NCBI GenBank assembly: GCA_031285085.1 | Contig: JAITWW010000093.1 | Coordinates: forward strand, 2,851-66,850 | Source: Candidatus Methanofilum arcanum | Lineage (GTDB): Archaea; Halobacteriota; Methanomicrobia; Methanomicrobiales; Methanospirillaceae | DNA length: 64,000 bases | Direction of reading: 5' to 3' | In this document: one piece after another, positions 51,201 to 58,719 of the stretch | Layout of the letters: each line of letters starts with the position of its first letter | How positions within the stretch are numbered: the stretch's first letter is position 1 | The notes under the pieces: model-generated | The model's database searches: none | The model's input: the letters and a program-made list of their open reading frames with translations, nothing else | Told to the model about the DNA's origin: nothing | Translations under genes and position numbers: made by a program

Positions 51201-51707
51201 TGCAAGATCGCGCTTTTGATCAAACTCAGAGACCCCTGCAATCTCATCAAGAATTTTTCTTCGTTCGATCTCACTCATCTCAATAATCCGATTGATATCC
51301 CCCTGCATAACTACATTGTAACCATGGGGAATGATGCCACGCTGAGCCAAAAATTCGAGCAGTTCGGACTGACGACAACTTTTTTCATTGAGATAGAGAT
51401 AGTTGTAGTACCCATTTTTCGTCCGTTTAATCTTTCTTCGAATCTTTGTGCCATCTGAGAATTCAATTTGGACCTCAGCAGTATTTCGGTTTGAATTCAC
51501 ATTAATAAGATCAGTCAATTTTTCTGCACGTAAGTAGCGGGAAGAGGAGAGGGTAAGGACAAATAAAATACAGTCAATAATATTACTTTTCCCAGATCCA
51601 TTTGGGCCAGATATCACAGTAAATCCCTGATACACTGGAATGTGTGTTTTTCTTGAAAATGATTTGAAATTATCAATATCAAGAGCTGTAATATACATAA
51701 CGCTCAA
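48258..51707 (-). CDS. smc: SMC chromosome segregation ATPase
   Basis: It has Walker A GPNGSGKSNI, long coiled coils, a hinge, signature LSGGEKSLTTLAF and Walker B FYAFDEVD. Confidence 0.95.
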   Translation of the reverse strand: MSVMYITALDIDNFKSFSRKTHIPVYQGFTVISGPNGSGKSNIIDCILFVLTLSSSRYLRAEKLTDLINVNSNRNTAEVQIEFSDGTKIRRKIKRTKNGYYNYLYLNEKSCRQSELLEFLAQRGIIPHGYNVVMQGDINRIIEMSEIERRKILDEIAGVSEFDQKRDLARNELDRVHVRIQEETVHLSSLESRQNELEKQREQALRHRELTTTLDYLTRCRLYVRISKKKQEYNDILSLIFDESKKITHFQEHIDACVDKKEHYSTALSELDATIAAKTGDEYRDLIRVIATAEASIESAQDRIGRAEAEKQQHHQQLNSIFAERKRYESSIEKYTNSLRELMIDKSTLAITLSTVEEEKARVVEALSSYGEKERDIEQQYQALDKEIREKKELRSVLIRNQDVLLERSRMRNSEKERFLSRLKEVKDESTTISDSLVSAKEAYEEAQHQTHQFETAVHAAEKEVYQKREQRENLSRRVREIQYELHRKEAQQQASGRYGKAIEAVLSMEGVHGTLASLGRCKPEYATALNIAAGNRLNFVVVEHVDVAADAISYLKIHNLGRVTFLPLNKLRLPSLPTIRKNEAIIGLAVDLLEFHPKFSNAFLVTLGGTVVMRSLSDAQARMGQYRMVTLDGSLIERSGSMTGGSLQQKSSIGFGMSFVDDLHVLSEQLAALSREEEMCEASYSHANAERDRLLGKRVEASEELVRSKAVYDEYERRLKSLSVECVGIEAKLVEHSKESDDTSSELARIEKERAFLTQDINECTEKIESLSQFFEGDVFLRLNESLDQIHMQIEEIKRRISAKDSSIADEQREKSFAKRSLDALLAQDDEIRTKITVLDEEVSQLHASISTYKISISETHHRQREFTDQLAELQSQRDTLLVSLSTIDEEMRKFNGQIERNSGIIIGLEEKKEKISEELAASSSEAYEVTDMSLEEIEQKVAAAEYDLSRLGPVNMYAIEEYEVVCDKLEKRKEKVEVLSREHAEICERIDRYSLMKHDAFMQTYTAISDNFREIFAKLTVGTGDIVLDNKEEPFLGGLSFAVRPHHKNVHLLASLSGGEKSLTTLAFIFSIQKYLPAPFYAFDEVDMNLDTNNVERIADMIRDLCKDSQFLSISLRKPMIDASDRLIGVTVREDKSTLVTGVSIRG

Positions 51708-51749
51708 AAAAGGAATAATCTTATAAAAGATGCAAAATCCATAGTCTTT

Positions 51750-52238
51750 CTACTCATCAGCAACAATGATATCATTCACACTCTTTTTCTTTGTACCTTC
51801 TTTGTTACGAGAATCAAGAGCTGATGCAATGATAATATCTTCCCCACTTTCTTTCGTAAGACGAACTGTTCCATCTCGTTGCATTTTCGGTACCATATGT
51901 TCCTCTTTTTTTCCGGTGTTTTTGGCACCAATCAAAGAAGAGTCAGAATCATGGGAAGAAGAAGGAACCTGCGCATTTTTATTTGGAATATTTTCCACAG
52001 CTGGAGTTGCTGTAATAATTGGGCGAATCGGAGAAGGTCTGTTTTCATTTTGTATTGGAACTTCACGTATAACAGGTGCAGTCCTCTTTTCTTTTTGAAT
52101 ATGTAAGATGACTGCTCTCAAATCAAGAACTTCATCAGTGAGTCCTTTTACCAATGCTTCAAGTTCTTGCAGTCGCATTTTCACTTCGCTGAGAGAAGCT
52201 TTATAATCTGCCTCTAAATCTTGTGCTCCTTGTGACAT
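51750..52238 (-). CDS. hypothetical coiled-coil protein upstream of smc
   Basis: It is 162 aa with an N-terminal heptad-like helix (LSEVKMRLQELEALVKGLTDEVLDLRAVILHIQ) and then a low-complexity P/S/K-rich region. It lies 42 nt upstream of smc on the same strand. Confidence 0.4.
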   Translation of the reverse strand: MSQGAQDLEADYKASLSEVKMRLQELEALVKGLTDEVLDLRAVILHIQKEKRTAPVIREVPIQNENRPSPIRPIITATPAVENIPNKNAQVPSSSHDSDSSLIGAKNTGKKEEHMVPKMQRDGTVRLTKESGEDIIIASALDSRNKEGTKKKSVNDIIVADE

Positions 52239-52441
52239 GAATCATCCCCCACATGTGAGAAGCGTGTTGCCTCTGTATAATGTATATTATAGGGTTCATA
52301 TACTATATTACTTCTCATGAACTGTGTCAAGCTGATGAGAGGGAGAGATAGGTGTAAAAAGTCAGAAAGAGAAAAATGGATAAAAAATACAGCACGATAG
52401 CGGATTTTACAGAAACAAATGACGCATAAAAAAAGGGCAGT

Positions 52442-52885
52442 TTATGTTTCAGATGATGTATCATCAGGTGTTTCGATATTCATCCCAATAAGATCACTTA
52501 CCTCATCACTATGTTCTCCAAAAGTAAGGTTCAACTCAGTGCTATGTCCACTTTCAAAGATAAACGTTTGATCTGCAAAACGATCTCCAATAGCAAATCG
52601 AATAACAGCAGTTCCATCACTGAGCTCTTCGGCAAGAGGAATAACTACAAGGCGGATATCAAATGTTCCAATGCCGCCATATAGACCTGCATGTTCAGTT
52701 GTTACTGAACCAGCTGCTCTGTCACCAATATATGCGATAATCTCGGTATCAGCAGGGGCTGGATCATCATCAATGACAATAGTCCCGTAGAACTCACAGG
52801 GGAGAAACGGAGAAGATGCTACAACTCCAGATATCCCAATACATATGAAAAGGGACATAATATACATACATATTTTATATCTCAT
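52442..52885 (-). CDS. small secreted protein made of one P-x-EFYG module
   Basis: The signal peptide is followed by SPFLPCEFYGTIVIDDDPAPADTEIIAYIG...GLYGGIGTFDIRLVV...VIRFAIGD. This is homologous to the N-terminal modules of the next two genes. Confidence 0.5.
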   Translation of the reverse strand: MRYKICMYIMSLFICIGISGVVASSPFLPCEFYGTIVIDDDPAPADTEIIAYIGDRAAGSVTTEHAGLYGGIGTFDIRLVVIPLAEELSDGTAVIRFAIGDRFADQTFIFESGHSTELNLTFGEHSDEVSDLIGMNIETPDDTSSET

Positions 52886-52981
52886 AAAAACACCAAATGT
52901 TATACAATATCTGAAAAATTGTGGTGAATTACCACGTTTTTCATTGTTTCACACTATTCAATTCAATATACCCCAAAGCCG

Positions 52982-54997
52982 CTACCATTCTGATGTATCA
53001 GATGGAAGATAAACTGCATGTAGATTTGATACAATATCCTGGAAACTCATAAATTGAGAATCAACAGCTGTCTTCAACTCCACATTTGCAATGGACCCAG
53101 GCATGAATGGGTAGCTATTAGACCATATATCTCCAGCAAGTGGATTTCGAACTTGAGCTTTATACCAATATTCGTAGTTTTGGGGTTTAATCCAGAAGTT
53201 AATTGGAACACGTTGCACTGCCACTCGTTGACTCACCCCTGCAGCGGTAGAGCCAGTATTATCTGTGATGATAATGTTAGAGTCACTGTACTCAATCCGA
53301 TCAGCCCAGTATGGAACCTCGATGATCAGCATATCAGAGCCTGCTGGATTTCCAAAAGTTCCAAACTCATGCACAGTATATGGATTCATTGGATTACGTA
53401 AATCAACCCCTTCCGTTGTTGCGAGGATCATATCTCCACTACGCAGTGGGTACCCATTGAACTCCGCTTTTCCATAGAATTTATGTGGAGCGGTGTTTGG
53501 TGTTGGTGTTGGCGTCGGGTGTACCTCTAATGATTCAGGTGGTGAACCAACGAGTAGCATAACTTCAACCATCTCACCTGCTCGGTACGGAATAGATTCA
53601 TGGTACACACCTTGTGGTTCATCAGCAAGGTGAATTAAAGCAGAAACTGGCCTTTGCCAATAGACATCCCATACTCTGAACCGTATTTCTGTATTATCTG
53701 GAACACATGATCCTTGAATTGCTAATTTTTCATCATATGTACCAGAACCAAATGAGATAGCACTTCGCAGCGTAAGCGGATTTGTCGGACCTGATACATC
53801 ATATCCATCTATAACAGCTTCAACCTTTCCACCTCGCTGAATAGGAGTCAGATATGTATACAAATCAAGATCAAGCTGCTTTGCCTCTGCAATCTGTGCA
53901 GCATTAATGTTGTTAAAGTACACACTTCCCCAGATCTGCATTGGAAGGATTGGAACACCACTATCACACTCAGATACTGGAATAGCAGCAGGTGGAATTG
54001 TTTCTACAGGGGTTGGAATTTTGTTCTGAATGGAGAGCTCAATCTCGGTACTTTCTCCTGGTTGGAAAGGAAGGAAGTTTTGCCATTCTTCTCCTACAAT
54101 ACGCACATATGCTCGTGATGCTCGGTGGATCGAGTCCCAAACCCAAAACTCAATACGTGCTCCCTCTTCAACACCCTGAACCTCAAGATTTGGCCATAGT
54201 GATTGTGGTCTGCCAAAGAAACCAAGTCCTGTTGTAACAGGATTATTTGGACCGGAAATATCAACTCCAGTAACCCGTGCCTCTACATATCCTCCTGCCT
54301 GAATTGGATCATCGTACATTCGTACACTGCCCCAGAATGTCTGAGCAAATGCTGGAAGTTGATCCTGATTTACAGGATTTGCAGTTGGTAGAGGTGTTGA
54401 AGTGGGGAACGAGGTGTATGGGTCTGTAGGTCTTAAGGTTGGTATTGCCGTTGGTATCGCTGTTGGCGTCACATCTGGTGGTACAGTATATGTAGGCCCA
54501 GGAACACTTGTTGGAGCAGAAGTTGGAGGTTTTGTTTGGACTATGGTTGGTGTTTGGGAGCTTGTCTCTTTTATTGTTGGCGCTTGAAGCACAGCTGGAG
54601 GAAGTCCAACAGATAAGACCATCTGGATGCTACTGCCAGGCCCATAAGAGAGAGATTGCTCAGCTTTTTGACCATCAATCCAGAACTCAATGAGGTTATT
54701 TTGCGCAAGAATGGAACTGTCAACTACAACTTTTAGACGTTGATCAAAAGTACCAGGACCTCCATAAGCACCCTGGTCTGTGGTAACAATCATGCCATAA
54801 ACCACTCCTCCAATTTTCGCCTCTATAATAGTGGCAGCAGGAGCAGGTTCTCCATGAATATACAGAGGACCATAGAACTCACAGGGGAGAACAGGTGTTT
54901 CTGCAGATACACTCATGCATACACTGCAGGTTATCAAAAAAAAGAGCAGAGTAGCCGTGTATCTGCAAGTTACAGATACTGGTACCATTATTTTCAC
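52982..54997 (-). CDS. secreted protein with four divergent P-x-EFYG/FWG modules and a P/T-rich linker
   Basis: The four modules start at LPCEFYG, AQTFWG, PMQIWG and PHKFYG. The P/T-rich linker is encoded at about 54390-54620. The GTG start overlaps the upstream stop (GTGA), and an alternative ATG lies at 54988. Confidence 0.55.
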   Translation of the reverse strand: MKIMVPVSVTCRYTATLLFFLITCSVCMSVSAETPVLPCEFYGPLYIHGEPAPAATIIEAKIGGVVYGMIVTTDQGAYGGPGTFDQRLKVVVDSSILAQNNLIEFWIDGQKAEQSLSYGPGSSIQMVLSVGLPPAVLQAPTIKETSSQTPTIVQTKPPTSAPTSVPGPTYTVPPDVTPTAIPTAIPTLRPTDPYTSFPTSTPLPTANPVNQDQLPAFAQTFWGSVRMYDDPIQAGGYVEARVTGVDISGPNNPVTTGLGFFGRPQSLWPNLEVQGVEEGARIEFWVWDSIHRASRAYVRIVGEEWQNFLPFQPGESTEIELSIQNKIPTPVETIPPAAIPVSECDSGVPILPMQIWGSVYFNNINAAQIAEAKQLDLDLYTYLTPIQRGGKVEAVIDGYDVSGPTNPLTLRSAISFGSGTYDEKLAIQGSCVPDNTEIRFRVWDVYWQRPVSALIHLADEPQGVYHESIPYRAGEMVEVMLLVGSPPESLEVHPTPTPTPNTAPHKFYGKAEFNGYPLRSGDMILATTEGVDLRNPMNPYTVHEFGTFGNPAGSDMLIIEVPYWADRIEYSDSNIIITDNTGSTAAGVSQRVAVQRVPINFWIKPQNYEYWYKAQVRNPLAGDIWSNSYPFMPGSIANVELKTAVDSQFMSFQDIVSNLHAVYLPSDTSEW

Positions 54998-57900
54998 GCA
55001 CCAATAGCTGCCAGTGTGCCTGGCTCATCCATGTATACCCAGTATCCAAGGGTTGGATACATGTAGCTATTCTCGTACTGGCCACCGTTCGCAACCATTG
55101 GTTCCCACTGTTGGTTTGCAGCGTTCCATCCATGGACATAGACCCAGGCGTTCTTTACAGAACTCAGGGTATCTTTTGCCGTTGCAGGAGTGCTGCCAGT
55201 AAATCCAATGAGTGACCAGCCATTTGGCAGATTTCTGCTTGGTGGAATTGCAACAGGATCATTTTTGAATGTCAGTGGAATGCTTGCTATGCTGGTTGTG
55301 TAGATCCAGTATCCCTGAAGTGGCTCAATGATAGTGTCAGACATTACCTGAGTCCAGTACTGTTGATATGGATCATAGCTCCAGATAGCGTGACCTCCTG
55401 TTGGAACTTTTTCAAAGATCACAGCGGTGTTATAGTTTCCATCAAGTACGCGTGGCACGGATATAAGGTTCCATCCTGGATAGAGTGTCACTGTTGAAGG
55501 ATCAATTGGACTTGGACCTGGGCCAGGACCTGGTGGACATGGCTCTCCCTCAACGGTGATGTACTCTTCTTTTGTTATTCTATCAACATCCTCACCAAGG
55601 GTTACGGTAAGCGTTACAGAGTACGTTCCACCATACTGATATACATGTTCGGGATTTTTCACACCAACGGCAGTTCCACCGTCACCAAAGTCCCAGAACC
55701 AATTTGTGGGTGATCCTGTTGACTTATCTGTGAAGAGAACTGTCAGTGGGGCCATGCCACTGAGCGGCGCAGCGGTGAAATCAGCGGTGATGCGTGGAAG
55801 ACGCACTTTAATGTAGTTTGGCTTTGTTGCGGTGTCTTGTGTGCCATCGGCTGTTGTCACTGTCAATGATACCGTGTACTCGCCAGGTTGCATGTACGTG
55901 TGAGTTGGGTTTCGAACTGTTGATGTTGTACCATCTCCAAGATCCCAGAACCAGGACACAAGATCCTTACCCTTTGAAAGATCGGTAAACTCAACTGCTA
56001 ACGGTGCACTTCCAGAGGTTGGTTCAGCAGAGAATGCTGCAATTGGTACACGGTCATCGATAATACAGAACTGAAGCACAATGTAGCTGTCATCAACGTA
56101 TCCAGCATTCAGGAAGGTCTCGATCTCAGTGACTGCTGCTGCTCCTAAGAAAGCTCCAGTTCCTTGGAGTGGGAAGAGTTTACTCCATTCATTTGGATAG
56201 GATGTAACCATCCAGATACGATTCTTGTCGAACTGGGAAGTGACATCAGTCTCTTTGACCATGTCAAACTGATGGTTGTACATTGGATGCTGCAGAATGA
56301 CTGAATAACATCCGGGTTTAAGTTTACAGAGTTCAAGGCCGTAATCAAGGAGATTTACCTTAAACGTGTCATCACCATAGACTGGAATTCTTGCATTGAG
56401 ATATGGTTGGTTACCAACGGTCTCATCTCCAAAGATCCACATATTGAGCTCACGATTGGTTTCGTGACCATTCTTAGTGTGTGGGAAACCAGTTGCTACT
56501 CCTGTGATAGTGATAGTATCTGGACTAATACCAGTACATCCTCCTGCACAGCAATCAATTGGAAGTTCAATGAGTGCAGGTTCGAGTACCGCAGTAATAT
56601 CTGGTTTGAAGAGCGTTATTGCAGCCTCTCCATAGCCTGCACATGCACAATCAAGACAGCATGCATTGATTGGCTGACTAACGGCATAGACGGTATATGT
56701 ACCAGGATCGATTGGAGCGAGTTTTGTCTCCCAATAGTACTCCCATGTATTGTCATCTTTGACAGGTACTTTCACAGCGGTAAATTCACGGAGTTCATCT
56801 TTACACACCGATTTGTAGATACGTGGATCTAAAATGACGATGTTCTGTTTTTCGTTGGCACGCTTCCATCCAAGAATGTCGTTTCCACACTGGTTTTGAC
56901 CAAGGCCAGTCATGTAGAGGTAGACAACATTTGAGTCTGTGTTTGTACCACTCAGCTTAATGGTATTTCCGAGATAGGTCTCTGTAGTATCGACATCAAT
57001 AGTTACAGTACCCTTATTGACGGTAACAAGTGAAAATCCAGGCTTTGAATTTGTGGCAGGAACATAGAATCCACCTTCTACCGCTTCAACCTCTTGAACA
57101 TTGATCTTCCAGGTAATATCTGGAGCCATGTCTGGGCCGGTATTTATGAGAACTGTTCTAACACCCGGTCTTGGTTCTGAATCAGAGTCAGTTGTTATCA
57201 ATGCATAGTAATATACACCGTTTGCAATGACATTTCTAAAACCAGGGCGATCGGTTGGGACTACAGATCGAATGATTCCTTTTGTTCCACAGTTATTTGG
57301 AGCGAGCATTGTTTCTCCAACGTGGAATGGACCACTTTCAAGATCGAAAATAATCTTTGAACCAACCCCATCTTGTTCATTGTTGATAATTGGTGGACGC
57401 TCACAGTAGTCACCATTGACCTTAAGTGGTGCACACTCTGCAGGATTAGATCCAGGAGAGGTCTCCATGATGGTCATGATATAGGTCTTACCTGGTTTTC
57501 CAGTAATGGTTACCGTAAAGGACTCGCCACGAGTAACAACAGGTTCATTTACAGAGACTTGAACCTCATCATCAACGAGTTCGATCTTTCCTTCTGGTGT
57601 GATTGTCTTTCCTTCAACAAGATAGTTGTTTTGAATGTTGTTGAGGTGAGCAATTGCATAGAATGTATAAATACCATTGACGTACAGCCGGTAGTTATTG
57701 GCATTAACGGCACGTGTATTCCAGCCATCATTGATATTATCATTGTTTGGCCAGTACCATGGATCAGCAGTCACTGCAAGGCTTCTCAGGGTGATGCTGT
57801 TGTTTCTCCCCTGTAAGGATGGATATTCCATACCAGTTGGGCCACTCGCAAAGATATGAATAATACCAGCAGGAACTTCATCTAAACCACTTAAGCCAAT

Positions 57901-58710
57901 ACGTTGCTGTACTGCTGCGTAGAGATTTGTTTTCACAATAAAGTTGATATAATCTCCAGCAGGAACTTTTCCTCCGTTTACGGATACTGTCTGTTTATTA
58001 TCCTGGTTCCAGACTCCAAGAGAGAGAGATGGATCCTGAACAACAAAAGCAATTTCATATAGACCCTCTTCATTGATAAGATACCAGTTTCCAAGTCGGT
58101 ATGCACCATATGATCCGTATATACCGGTGGTTTCATAGGCTTCTAGTCGGAACTGATCTGGACTTACGAAGAATGAGTGCGCAAATGGAATTAAGATCTC
58201 AGCTGCTGGTTCACTGATGAGAGCATCTTGACTTGGGCTAAACCAGTAGATACTCGTGTTATCAGGTAAAATGTGACTCAGATCAAGACCTTCTTCACCA
58301 ATAAAGACAATACCACCCTTTGGAATGACATTGAGTTTTGGTTGTGGTGGAGTATTAGAATCAGATATAATATCCAGCCTCTCAGTAGCCCCTTCTACAT
58401 AGGTAGCTGTTGTAATTGCTGGATATCCATTGATCATGAATGTGATCATCTGATCAGCAGGGAGCACACCTGACGCAAGCTGAACCATGATGGGATATGC
58501 AGTTGTTGCATACGTTCCTTCTGTTTCCAGCACACGAACTTCACTTGCAGGCGTACCATCTATGTATGCCTGAATACTGGTGCCAACTGCTGCAGGTTCT
58601 CCTCCAACAATCAGATCACCATAGAAAAATATCGGGAGAGGTTCTGCCACTGCTGTTGCCCCAAAAAAGACAGACAGCAGGATCAGACCTACCATAAGTT
58701 GTTTAATCAT
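54994..58710 (-). CDS. large surface protein: signal peptide, P-x-FFYG module, Cys-cluster core, 2 PKD domains, PGPGPGP linker, GWNL...GYW C-terminal domain
   Basis: The PKD signatures are WFWDLGDGTTS...HTY...G.YTVSLTV and WFWDFGDGGTA. The central region is paralogous to that of the next gene. Confidence 0.75.
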   Translation of the reverse strand: MIKQLMVGLILLSVFFGATAVAEPLPIFFYGDLIVGGEPAAVGTSIQAYIDGTPASEVRVLETEGTYATTAYPIMVQLASGVLPADQMITFMINGYPAITTATYVEGATERLDIISDSNTPPQPKLNVIPKGGIVFIGEEGLDLSHILPDNTSIYWFSPSQDALISEPAAEILIPFAHSFFVSPDQFRLEAYETTGIYGSYGAYRLGNWYLINEEGLYEIAFVVQDPSLSLGVWNQDNKQTVSVNGGKVPAGDYINFIVKTNLYAAVQQRIGLSGLDEVPAGIIHIFASGPTGMEYPSLQGRNNSITLRSLAVTADPWYWPNNDNINDGWNTRAVNANNYRLYVNGIYTFYAIAHLNNIQNNYLVEGKTITPEGKIELVDDEVQVSVNEPVVTRGESFTVTITGKPGKTYIMTIMETSPGSNPAECAPLKVNGDYCERPPIINNEQDGVGSKIIFDLESGPFHVGETMLAPNNCGTKGIIRSVVPTDRPGFRNVIANGVYYYALITTDSDSEPRPGVRTVLINTGPDMAPDITWKINVQEVEAVEGGFYVPATNSKPGFSLVTVNKGTVTIDVDTTETYLGNTIKLSGTNTDSNVVYLYMTGLGQNQCGNDILGWKRANEKQNIVILDPRIYKSVCKDELREFTAVKVPVKDDNTWEYYWETKLAPIDPGTYTVYAVSQPINACCLDCACAGYGEAAITLFKPDITAVLEPALIELPIDCCAGGCTGISPDTITITGVATGFPHTKNGHETNRELNMWIFGDETVGNQPYLNARIPVYGDDTFKVNLLDYGLELCKLKPGCYSVILQHPMYNHQFDMVKETDVTSQFDKNRIWMVTSYPNEWSKLFPLQGTGAFLGAAAVTEIETFLNAGYVDDSYIVLQFCIIDDRVPIAAFSAEPTSGSAPLAVEFTDLSKGKDLVSWFWDLGDGTTSTVRNPTHTYMQPGEYTVSLTVTTADGTQDTATKPNYIKVRLPRITADFTAAPLSGMAPLTVLFTDKSTGSPTNWFWDFGDGGTAVGVKNPEHVYQYGGTYSVTLTVTLGEDVDRITKEEYITVEGEPCPPGPGPGPSPIDPSTVTLYPGWNLISVPRVLDGNYNTAVIFEKVPTGGHAIWSYDPYQQYWTQVMSDTIIEPLQGYWIYTTSIASIPLTFKNDPVAIPPSRNLPNGWSLIGFTGSTPATAKDTLSSVKNAWVYVHGWNAANQQWEPMVANGGQYENSYMYPTLGYWVYMDEPGTLAAIGA

Positions 58711-58719
58711 TCTTCTTCC

